This document shows, piece after piece, positions 1 through 11,412 of a DNA stretch of 64,000 nt. The stretch is from Nemertoderma westbladi (Eukaryota; Animalia; Xenacoelomorpha): NCBI GenBank assembly GCA_032718475.1, contig JAUCBJ010001161.1, forward strand, positions 1 to 64,000, in the 5' to 3' direction. The notes beneath the pieces are model-generated. The model was not told the origin of the DNA. It saw only the letters and a list, made by a program, of their open reading frames with translations, and ran no database searches. Position numbers and translations under genes: made by a program. How positions within the stretch are numbered: the stretch's first letter is position 1; every line of letters starts with the position of its first letter.

Positions 1-654
1 GTAAGGTATACTGACTGACACACAGCCGTTTCACAGCCTTTATATGGTTGGTAACAACTGAACTTCACTTCTACAAATATGGGTGTTAACATTTAGTTCA
101 CTAATTAATGGGCTGTGTGTTCCAAGGGAGATATTATCTATCGCAAATATCTCTGTAATGTAATGTTTGTCATCTTTATACAAGAAAGGGGTGTGTGTAC
201 GTAGAAATCGATTATAATTAATTGAAATCCGTGACTATGTTCCACGAATATGACTCAGGTCATGGGAACCAATAATCTTAACGGAAGTTTCCCATACTGT
301 AAGATAACCAAGGATATAACACCCAGGATATATATTCATCGCCTGTCACCAACATTCATGGTATTTGACAATAAATCTCAGCATAAGTCATGTGATGATG
401 TTTAGTGCTGTTCTTAATAGTCTTTTATGTGGATTTCAATTTGATAGAGAATCAATGGGTGTGGTGAGTTACTGTAACTTTGGCGCTCGTCTAGGAAATA
501 CTACTACTGCTATCAGAGTGCTGCATTGCAGCTGCATTATATATATTACGTATATTAAGTATAATTAAGTATAATACTACTTTGATCACCTGACAAAGAT
601 CGCAACCCCCCCCCCCCCCCCCCCCCTAACTTAATATGTTTCCTAGTGATTCTG

Positions 655-960
655 ACAGTACAGGTAGCCCTAAGTCATCAGCAAATTCTAGATCAGTAAG
701 GTAATTTAATGGATTTATTTATTTGTGGCAGTACAGTAGGTGGAGTTACCATCACCCATAATCATTATGATGATCTAAGGACATGCGTATAACATAGTCA
801 GTCAATCACAATTACGAATAAAAAGAGTGCAAGTGTGTCACCGTGAAGGACTCCCCATAAGACTTCGAATGGATCTGTGTCGCCAACATCAGCAGGAGAC
901 ACTAATGTGGTGGAACCATCGTACAGTGATCGGATAACTGTAATAATTTCTTCTGGCGTC
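655..960 (-). pseudogene. Degenerate RTE/RTEX-like non-LTR reverse transcriptase fragment
   Basis: Minus-strand translation gives GDTDPFEVLWGVLHGDTLALFLFVIVID and LNYLTDLEFADDLG (RT motifs QGD..L.LF and FADD), broken by stops and indels; boundaries approximate. Confidence 0.65.
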
Positions 961-1480
961 CAGAGAACCCAAACCTCTAGCTGTAGATAAACTGCACAAA
1001 CAAATAATAGAACAGCTATTCAAATCAATAACACAGACTAAAACAGTACTGTTACTACGAAGCCCAAAACCACGAACACCTGAGATAAATAGCCTAAATT
1101 TAATCTTAAACAATAAAATAATTGACCAATCAACAGAAATTAAATATCTGGGGGTTATTATAGATAATAAAAATCGATACAGTTTGGGGTAGAGCGGGTT
1201 GACCACAGATGACTAATGAAATGAATAACAAAAGTTATTACAAGTGAGACCCAGACTAACATCAAACAAAAGTTGCTACAATTGTATGTTGTATCAAGAA
1301 TATGATTACCACGCCGGTGACGATAGCGCGAGAATTCCTCCATAATAAAATATCATGAAAGGAACAGCTACATACAACCCAGCAATAAATGTCTATGACA
1401 ATATCATTACTAAGACAGATAAAAGGACAACTACCTCTATTAACGAAACTAATGCTGTATAAAACACTCGTAATGCCCTA
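961..1480 (+). pseudogene. Degenerate LINE ORF2 (post-RT/thumb) fragment
   Basis: KTKTVLL...LNNKIIDQSTEIKYLGVIIDNK and a later YKTLVMP motif, typical of the region after RT in CR1/L2/Jockey LINEs; multiple stops. Confidence 0.5.
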
Positions 1481-1741
1481 CCACAATTAAATACAAAATT
1501 ATGCTCTCCGTATCATATAAAAAAAATACAAGAAAGCACTGGAACTGAACTAAGAACTGTTACAAGACTTCCACACTTAAACGCCCTATGAGTGTTCCAC
1601 TCAACAGAATATCTTTATTCCAAAATTGTAACATTACTCAACGCCGTTAGTATTAACAGCGAATTGTTATTTAGCACTTTCCAACTTTCTAGGACATTAC
1701 AGCATTGTATTGGCCTGTACATTTAGTATTTTATTTGGTGT

Positions 1742-1832
1742 TATTGTTTAGGTGGTAACCCATGACGGCGTTAAGTAATGTCCACTAAGGGGACATTACT
1801 TAACGCCGTCATTGGATACCACGTAAACAATA
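1742..1832. repeat. Long hairpin / foldback (about 42-bp stem, 7-nt loop)
   Basis: ATGACGGCGTTAAGTAATGTCC-actaagg-GGACATTACTTAACGCCGTCAT is a perfect 22-bp inverted repeat, extended with about 3 mismatches to TATTGTTTA...TAAACAATA; a partial third arm lies near 1632-1648. Confidence 0.85.
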
Positions 1833-2316
1833 GGTGGAAATTTTCGTGACAGCCAAATAGTCCTACTGCATTACCTACCGGTAGGCGGGGTAGAGCTATT
1901 AATAACCACTAGGGCCTAGCTATATTATTATAACATGGCTTCAAACGCCACCATAAATATAAGCAACTTATTTATAACATAATTTATGTCATTTTTATAT
2001 TTATTTTTACAGGAAATAATATAATTTATGCAGTTTATATCACTTATAATGTATATGTGCAATCATTTCGTAATCCTATATCCTATATGGAGTCCATCAT
2101 ACAGCTTAAACTTGGTATCTGTTGGATATGTTTGATTGTTAACATTGATTGTTTAATTCTACTCCATTGTTAATTATATTGTTATTGCTAAACTGTATAA
2201 CTAAACTGTTTACCGTGGACCGGCGACATACTTTTTATTTGATTTACCGGTACTACAAATTAATTTATATCTGGCACCCTTTGGGCCGATCTGGATTAGT
2301 ATCTACTACTTTAAGA

Positions 2317-3310
2317 ATGTCGTCGCAGCGGAAAAGAAACAATAACAGCAATGACAACCATCGTCAAAGTATGTCCTTATCTTCTCGTCGTCTCAGCATT
2401 ATTGGAGTTGCAGCTGGGAACCCCAATATAAACGAGCCGAAATCTCAACTACACAAACAATCAAAAGAAGAAAACAAAAGGATAAGCGGGAAATCGTCAA
2501 ATTTGGTCACAGCAACTACTAAATCGGTAGCGGATCCCACAGCAAATCGTGACGATGGACTAACTGAGATTGAGGTGAGTTGCTCTGGCTCCAATTGCGA
2601 TGTATCGATGATTTGCATCGTAAAGATAGGGACGGATTTTGGTCGCATCGACTTCTACTGCGGAAAATGTGTTGGTTGTCGTTTATCTAATTTATCAAAG
2701 GAAATGGAAGCCTTGGAACTGCGAGTAGACCACAATATAACAAAACTCCATGGACAAGTAAATGACTTCGATTCTCGATCTATGATCTTGGAGGTACAGA
2801 TCAAAGATAATAGACGAGCTATGGAGAATGCTTTCAAGAACCTTAGGGTTGAGACAGAAAGTAACATCGAAGAGCTACAAAAGAAACACGATGATATAGA
2901 CCTAGAACTCGAAGATTTAAAATCCGCTGCCAGTAATCGCACGACTGAAAATACGACTACTAATGGTGATACAACAAGTAATGAAGCTTGGCACGTTGAA
3001 AAACGTGTCATATTCCCGCTGCAAAAAACCAAACAATACAACAAACCTCGCTATACTAACACGGCAACTAAAACACGAAGAATCTGAACAAAATAAACGC
3101 AGATCAAACATCGTTATATCCGGTTCCAGTCCGCAAGATAATGACAAAGATCTTATTATCGACATCGCCTCTACTCTCAATGTCACACTAGAAGAGAACG
3201 ATATAAACTTTAAACGTGTGGGGAAACTACGAGAAAACAACTCGCAACCCGTAGTAGTTACATTACCCCCAGAAAAGCGGGCTAAACTACTACAGAAAGA
3301 ACCAGAATAG
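2317..3310 (+). pseudogene. LINE ORF1 (Cys-rich zinc-finger-like motif, coiled coil, RRM-like region), frameshifted
   Basis: CSGSNC...FYCGKC motif, long heptad coiled coil, then after a frameshift EQNKRRSNIVISG...FKRVGK...PVVVTL, typical of CR1/L2 ORF1. Confidence 0.7.
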
Positions 3311-3890
3311 AACGAACCACCTCAGAAAAAGATCTGGGAGTCACCTTCTCATCGAATATTACCTGGACCGCACACGTAACTGAAAAATGCAGTAAAGGAA
3401 ACATGGCCTTCCAACTAATAAAACGTAACTGTGCATCAAATCTTACCGCTCTATCGAAATTAAATATGTACAAATCTATGATTCTACCGATAATAACCTA
3501 TGCATCACCATGTTGGTCTCCAAATAAACACGACCTATCACGTATAGAGAGTCTACAACGACGTGCCACTATCTGGATACTACGAGATAATGAATCGACC
3601 TACACAGATCGGCTCAAATCACTTAACATACTCCCCCTTTCTCTCTACCTACAACTCCTAGATTTGATGACGCTGTCGAAGATTATCGCTGGAAAATGCG
3701 ATATCAACTGGGAAGAACACCTCAAACTAAGCAGACCATCAAACCAAAATACTCGTTCAAATGATCGGATTTTATTTAATGTTGTGCGGCCGAAGAAATG
3801 CAAGTCAGAACAAAACTTTTGGTTCCGAGTACCTTACATTGCAAATGTATTACCTAATCGAATCAATTTCACAAACCATGTAGGGCTTAA
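3305..3890 (+). pseudogene. CR1/L2-type LINE ORF2 C-terminal part, left half (endonuclease and RT core deleted)
   Basis: EKDLGVTFSSNITW...YKSMILPIITYASPCWSP...IESLQRRAT; follows ORF1 directly; cut at TTAA 3887-3890 and resumes in frame at 55679. Confidence 0.85.
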
Positions 3891-3906
3891 GGGGGAGGAC
3901 ACCCCA
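3891..3906. repeat. Left TIR of Kolobok-type transposon
   Basis: GGGGGAGGACACCCCA, reverse complement of the end at 55658-55674 (one extra C there). Confidence 0.9.
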
Positions 3907-4271
3907 GACTATTAAATATTTGCCATTCTAGAGTATATAAGCTGTCATTTTAGAACCATATGTCCGAATAATTTACTTTTTTCACCATATTGTAGCCAAA
4001 AGGTGTATAAATCTCGGAAAAAAATTTTGAAATGAAAAAAAATATTTTTTTCATATTTTTTTCCATTTTTGCACTTTTTTTTACCCAAAATAATGCGAAT
4101 TTTTATAAATGCATCTACTTTTTTGTTTTTCAATATTTTCAAAAAATTTTTTTTTTATTTTGATCAATATCGGGTGGACAATAATCTGAGCAGACAAAAT
4201 GTTGATATTGTTAGTGGTTATCAATTTATGTCATCATTAGTAATAATTACCAGATATTTTCAATATATTTC

Positions 4272-5468
4272 TGTACGCGCTTTTGAAGACCTTTAGCAGT
4301 TTAACCTGCCAAAATTTATATGTCTTTTGGTTTATAAATAGACTTTAGAAATTGACAAATATTTAGTACCAATAAACACAACATTAGCAGAAGCCAGCCT
4401 AGTGCGCGTCCATTCACCCGCTGGATATACCCGGGAGACTGGATTCTGAGGGCTTAGATTATTATTGCAGTGTAAGCTTACTGTATTATTCGATTGATCG
4501 TTAATAAATAATTTCTGACCAATATTATTCACTTTCGGGAAATATTAACAGTTCCTTTAGGACGTGGCGCTCTATCTAGGTAAACAGAGATATGACTTAT
4601 ACTAATCACAACAGTAAGTCGGTAAGGCTTATGATTCACGTATGAGGCGCATTCTTTAGGAAATGCTTAGTTATCAGTCACAATCATGCACACTACCAGT
4701 AACACACAATACTGCTCACTAATTTGCCGACCGTCAATGAATTTTATCATATATAAAGAGAATAGCAACTGACTCATGTAGTGCTTATCAAATAGCATTA
4801 AATTCACTACAAACCACAATAATATAAGTCGCAATCGCTATATGTAACCCGTCTCTCTAACCTGTAGTGTATCAAGAAAATTGGGAAATTTGGGTTCTTT
4901 ATAAATGTTCTCCAAATAATATTCAACCAACTGATACAAAATATGACAACAGTAAAAAGCATTAAGACGGTAGGTTAAGATATGATATGACAAGCAGATT
5001 GATATGTTATGTGAGTTGTGTTATGTTAAGATAACAGTTATACGCTCTATAATCTTAAGCCTACTAATGTTTCTTCTAAAGTCTGAAACGAATTGACTCT
5101 AGAGCCGGTGTTCCTGGCCTAGATAGAAACAACACAACAGTATCAAGAAAAACAGTAAGACTGAACCCTCCTAGCATGATCTGCCAAAATCTCCACATCG
5201 ACAGAAAAAATCGCTCTGATTGGCTGTTAAGCTAAACAAAGAACCATGTGTCCAATGGCCGTTTCCATGTCAGCAACCAGCTGTTAGATGTCGTAATCTG
5301 AATCATTAAGGCTAAGCTGTGCCAGGGTATTTGACGCATTGCGGGTTTTTTGCCTTACCATGTCCACCAAAGCACACATATAGAAGAATGACTTTTATGT
5401 CCGTTAAAACACCTATAACGGTACCTTGCGGGCGAGGGGGACTGAGTATATCCGCAAAAGCTTTTACA
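4272..5468 (-). repeat. 3' LTR of element A
   Basis: Direct repeat of 21528-22724 with about 10 substitutions counted by eye. Confidence 0.96.
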
Positions 5469-5476
5469 CCGCTCCC
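5469..5476 (-). other. Short polypurine tract of element A
   Basis: GGGAGCGG on the minus strand immediately before the 3' LTR; identical in element B at 33466-33473. Confidence 0.6.
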
Positions 5477-5546
5477 AGAAAATGGGATTCAAGTTTATAA
5501 ATATACAAAAATCACAGATTCTAATATATGTAAATACTCTAAACAG

Positions 5547-8500
5547 TTAGTCTTTCTTGCGCGGACGGCGTTTACGCAGTTTTTTAAAGCTAGCCAGAGT
5601 CTTTTTCTCTTTGGGGCGAGCCACTTTACAAGGAGGGCTATAACTCCTGGGTGAAGGGTGCAATATGATTGCATCAGAGGGTGTAGGATTATGGTCGGTG
5701 TATCCGCCAGTCGAAGTACCGGGTTGATTGACATCAACGTCGGGGGAGAGGGGTCTAACGGCTTTGAGAGCTCGTTTTAAGACAGCCGCTCTTACGGGTC
5801 CTTTACGAGTGGTCTGAACGAGAGCCGTGGGTGGACCATAGGCAGTCAGAAACCTCCTGGGTTTAATGGTTCTTTCCAACTCGCGTTCGCGGGCTCGGTA
5901 TTCGTAAGGCCGTCGATATACTTCCTGTAACTCGGGGTGTGAGTTAACAAATACGTCTCCATAGTCCGGATCCTGACGGATATAATTGATTAAGTTATAG
6001 GAATGAAGGTCGCTAGGATTAACACTCCTAAGAAATTTGCGTACGAACTTGGTTGAGATACATTCTCCGACGCGCTTCAGTAGCTCGTAACTCGATATGC
6101 GTGATTTCTGTTCGACCGAAGCGAATAGATAAGGATGGAACGCATAAACTCCTTCGTAAGCGCGTCCGGGATAATAGCGATGGCGCGAATCACAATGTAA
6201 ATCAGCGTTCGCTTCCCAAGCTCTGATGTAACGTAGTGTGATCATTTCATCTACGCTTTTCAAATCGCGATTAAAAGGGCAATCGAAACTGGCGTGTCCC
6301 TTTAGTTGACAATGGTGACATTGAGTCATAAATTGAGGGCAAACCGCAAATATGTGCAAGTTATTGAGTCTGCAATATGCGCAATAAATTTCCATAGTCG
6401 GTTGTTCTTGGAAATAGGAACAGCGGACGTTTGTGTCCATGGGCGTATCATGGTCTCTCGATGCGCATAACTGACAACGTTGCCTAGAAACATAGTTGGC
6501 ATGTCGATAATCGTACGCAGTGAGACACTGTGGACCTTGATACCATTCTATGATGTAATCGTTGTCGCTGTTCCGGGGCGCGATAGGCTGAATCTCCTCA
6601 GATTCTAGACATATTGGTTCGTCTTCCAAGTGCATAGCTGAGGTGGGCGTGTCTGTCTCTTCAGGTGGACCTATTGTCTGAATTTCCACGACAGAATAAC
6701 CTGTGGGGATTCGAGGTCTTTGTATAACAGAGGAGTGCAAGTTCGATATACAAATCTCTTTGAAAATGGTGAATCCAGCTCTATCCAACTTCTCTGCAGC
6801 TGAGTTTCTTAGGCTGAGCTTGGTCAAAGCGCGGTCTTTGAATTGGCTATCCACATTGCGGAACGGGGTTAAAAATCGCCGGAAACATTCGAAACAGATG
6901 AATTTATTATGTTCATCTAGCTTAGCGAGTTTGGTCCCAAGTATTAATGGATGGGCGCGTATAGTACGACTGCACACATCGGCTAGCCAACCGGCAAGTG
7001 CGGTGTTTTCAAAGATCGTGTATATAGCTAAGGAGGGACGGAGTGGAACACTCATGAAGCTATACACTGCGCCAGGTGCGGTCAATGGTCCATCAAAGTA
7101 TAATCGAGAATAATGGTCTCCGTATACTTGTTGATAGTTAATTGGATTTCCGACCTTGAAATTCCATCCGTATTCCTGAAAGGCAAGATGTCCGATGGAA
7201 GTTCGTTGCACCTTTGTAATGTTGCTAGATGTATTAGCATACATGGTGCGGAAGAAACCTCGACCTTCTGCCCAGGGAGCAATCAGCTGAGTATCAACGA
7301 AAGGGTATGGAATGTTCTCCATATTCCGAAAGTCGTTTTGGAGATCTCCATAAACAGCTGAGCCGATTTTAAGGATTCTTTCGTTGAACAACATCTCGAG
7401 TACTGGCTGGGGTAACATCGATCCATCGATACCCATGGCCGGTTTGCGTTCGGTGTCAATGACGTAACATTGCGCGAGTTCGAATTGTCCATGTCGGAGA
7501 TTCTTTTGTGTTTCGGTGAGAGTTTCAAAGGAATAATCAATCACGTCGGAACACGCTCGAGTGAACACATGGGTAGAACCAGCTAATCCGCGTATGTGGA
7601 TCATGCGCGTAGTTCCTAGTTCTCCAACCGGAACGCTACCTTCATTATCGTAGGTGACAACTCCATACATCTCAATAACATTAAGAGTTTCATTCCACTC
7701 CTTGGTGGCGTTCTCTAGAGTCATCCCTACTGGATGCCACAAGGTGGCGCATTGGTTAGCGTCAGGCATATCACTATACTTCATGTGCCGAGTGGTATAC
7801 GTCTCCACATTTCCATATCTTTGTATTTTCTCTTCTTCGAATAATACATCTAGATTCCAATGGACTAATCGAGTTTTAATAAATCCATCGAGATTATAAG
7901 GGGGTTCTATATCTTTCTCGATTCTAGAAATGTTATATGGTTTTCTAAATGAGTTTACTTTTACTAACTGATCCAGATGTTTCTGCAATTGTTCGAGTTC
8001 GACAATGTCTAGAGGATTTATTAGTGGTAGAAACTTTAAATTATGCGTTGGGTCCTCTGGTTTTACCATATAATATTGAGTCAGATTAACGTAATAAGGG
8101 TGGTCTTTAATCCCATAAAACGAGTTTTGTAAAGGTCTAGCGCGTATGTTGACATCGTGTACCATACGACGGACAAGATCCGCTCGATTGTCCGGAGGTT
8201 CAACGAGTATACCGTCAACACGAGCGGCTTCTATCGGCGGACGCTGTAACATAGGGGCGTCAGCGATAAGATTTTGCGATCCTGTACTGATATCAACCGG
8301 TTGAGGTTGTATCGTCGCGAAGAGTTTGTCTCCGAAATGTGGAATCATCGAGGGATGATGAATGGTTTGAGAGTAGAGGTCCGTCATAAGGATTTGAGCT
8401 TCAGGTTGGGCTAAAGCGGCTTCTTCTCTCTCTTCCAGTTTCGTGTGTTTCTCCTCGAGTAGATTTTCTTCCGCTTGTCTCTGTAAGCGTTCATCTAAAA

Positions 8501-9800
8501 ATTCTTGTAGAGAATACGTGCGTCCAAGCTCGATGTCTTCCTCGAGGTTTTGGATTTCTCTATCGAATTGTGGCAAGGCTAACTCCTTCACTGATTGGAC
8601 TTGTTGTTGTAATTTACGTTTCTCTAAACAATCTTGTGTTCCCTTTCCGATCTTCTGTCGAATAGCGTCTAAAGCGTTTCTTATAATGCTCTCCTCGACT
8701 TCCGTGGCGGGTTGCATCGGGTTTAATCCTGGACGATTGTAAGGATCAAAGGGCGATATTAGCTGCCCACGTCCCAATCCAGCTAAGTAGGATGGGCGAA
8801 TGTCTAACGAACCCACTACCGGAGCACCACCGATTAATTGTTCGGGTAACACTAAGTCTTTGAACAGGGAATATAGTTCGGGAGGATCAGTGATACTGTT
8901 AGGATCAAGAGTTTGAGGTCTCACTAGGGAATGAGGAGGCCTGACCGAGTATTCCGGAACTCTGATCATGGGTTTATTCAGTGATCGTTTAAGACGAGCG
9001 ATCGTAGGTGGTACGTCGAACAGGTTTCGCTCGAAACTCCCGTAAGTGTAACGCGTAAAGCTGTGTTAAGCGCAACGTCTCCGCGGATGTTTATGTCTTT
9101 CAGTTTGTTGGTTGGGTCTAGGGCATTCGTCATAGTAATACCAAAGACGTACGTCCTGTAGAGGAAACGCGGGTGATCGTTCTCCAGTTTTGCAATATTC
9201 TTCCATTTGTTCAAAACTATCCGGGATAACAGGTAGTGGACGATCGGCGGTAAGATACATCATCGTGAAATAGAGCCGTTTGAGTTCTACCACAGGGTCA
9301 TGATGTATACCTTGAGGATATCGAGTCTCTAGGTTCTGCTGACTGGCGATGTTGAGATAGGTTTCTCTCAAAATTTCTAGGTATTCGTTGAAGTCGATGC
9401 GTTTATCCGGTTCTTCAACGTTTTCTCTTTCCAGTCTATTACGAATAGAATTTTCGTGATCTATTCTCGGTTTATCGTTACGACTCCGCTGGGTATGATA
9501 TTTAAATAGAACCATTTCCCTCTCTGTATCTACATCGTCCGTATCATGTAAATCGATAGGATGGCCGGTAGTTAAGAAGTCCATATACGTACCATTACGA
9601 TTCGTATAGCGAGCGGTGAATTTTCGATAATCCAATTCACGCGCAAGTTGCTCTTGGGACATCGGCGGTTCGATATAACGACCATCGTCCTCCGTAATGG
9701 TTGGATCGGCTTCACCGCGTATTAAGCTATCCACAAATGCTTGCAAAGGTAGAGTATATCGCTCCCTAATACCAAGATCATCTTCTATCAACTCCGTCAT
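5547..9800 (-). CDS. Accessory ORF3 of element A: DEDDy-type 3'-5' exonuclease-like domain plus CCHC zinc knuckles (about 1417 aa, one in-frame TAA at 9066-9068)
   Basis: The 244-aa and 1140-aa ORFs are in the same frame with one stop between them, and B has AAA at that codon. Motifs: VVTYDNEG (ExoI), LPQPVLEMLFNERILKIGSAVYGD (ExoII), FVDTQLIA, SIGHLAFQEYGWNFK, PLRPSLAIYTIFE (ExoIII-like), CAYC..H....C, CHHCQLKGHASFDC, basic C-terminal tail. Confidence 0.75.
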
Positions 9801-11412
9801 ATCTGCTATCTGAGTTTATTAATATCAAATGAGTTTATGTTTAGGCGAGCGGGCGTCGCTGCCTACCTCTCTTTGCCCCCGGACAGTGGGATTCTCAGCG
9901 CCGATGTACCGTCGTCGCGGTGTTACATGTAGCAACAGCACGACAACGATAACCGGCACAAGTCACTCCACTGTCCGTCCCAAAGGCTTGGATCCACTTG
10001 AGGTTCTTTCTATAGGAGAGTTGGGCTACTTTTGCAATTGCGACTAGCTACTGTAAACATACTTTAGCAGTAACATTCACCTATAAACACACAAATTCCA
10101 CACAACTGTCACCAATTGTACACATACAGGCCATTTGTCCGTTAGTCAGTGCCTTCCAGAATGTCACGTTATTACTGTGTATCCTTGGATACTAACAGTG
10201 TGCTATGTATTCTCTATGCTATGCAATGGGACAAGCTTTCTATTGTTCTTTTAACTTGCTTCGAATTCTAGCGTGGGTGTTGCTATGGTGACATTATGGA
10301 AAGCTAGCGGTAGAATTAGGGTAATTCTCATGCATACAGATCTGGAATGCTATTTAATAGTAATTCTTTAATTGTCAATATCCTCTTTATGCATGATTTT
10401 ATTAATTTTATCGGCTATTGACTATATGTTGGAGATTCTCGCACTCTAATACACTCAATAGGATGAATCTCCGCTCCCATGATCTATTAATTAATGGAAT
10501 TTTGGGAATGTTATAAATTGCACAAAAACGACAATTTATGAAATTCATTTAAAATATGAATTTAAATTTATTCCCGTGAATTTTATTATTTGATGTTAAA
10601 ATTGACACAATTTGATTCCAGAGCAGGTCTGGGGACATAGGATCCTTAATTCTATGAAAATTGTCTTTTAAGAGTATCGGTAAGTGCTGCGATATCTTAA
10701 TTGACTAGAAATTTAAAGGATCTGAATTTTACAGATTTTAATAAATATTAAATTAATATTTAAGATGGGCACCGATTTATTCCAGAACTTGTCTGGGGAC
10801 GTTAACCACTGATTCTAGAATTTGTCTTTCAAGTATATCGGTGGGTGCCGCGATATCTTAATCGACTAGAATTACAGATGGTCAAAAGGTTTAACAGATT
10901 TATTTGCGTTTTACGCTACTGTTATAGGGACATCACGCTACTATATGTATTATTTAATATAAGGTAGAAGAGCAATATCGCACGAAGCAATGTCAGTGTG
11001 AAGAGGCAAGTCGTTTCCAAGGCCTACCCAGAGCTTGGTTTAGCCGAGACACGAGGATCTGAACTTTGCATTCCTAATACTCTGCCTACCAATAATACTT
11101 AAATATAGTAGTGGCTTTATTGTACTTTAATAAGTACGGACATTTCATCTTACTGTAGTCACGTATTTATAATATGATACGGACAGTAAGGAAAGAGAAA
11201 AATTATTTCTCGCCGTCACACTAAATATATATTATATATGTAATTACGTAATAAACAATAATGTATTGCACTAACCTACTAAATAATCTAAAATAACATT
11301 CTACTAAATAAAATTGAATAAAAACGATTATAATAAAGTACATAATAATGTTCACGTATAAAATATAATAAAATAGATAAAATAATATAGTCATACACCC
11401 ACTCCAGACGTA

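Noticed and set aside
4332-5654. Small ORFs repeated in LTR copies, and the many antisense ORFs over gag-pol
   Set aside because: Repeated only because the LTRs are repeated; no recognisable motifs and not conserved between the A and B LTRs
9066-9068. Programmed stop-codon readthrough, or two separate genes, within ORF3
   Set aside because: B has AAA at this codon, has a different private stop, and has Thr instead of Met at the 8969 'start', so a simple nonsense mutation in A is more likely
5547-9800. ORF3 as an envelope gene
   Set aside because: No signal peptide or transmembrane anchor; nuclease-like and zinc-knuckle motifs instead
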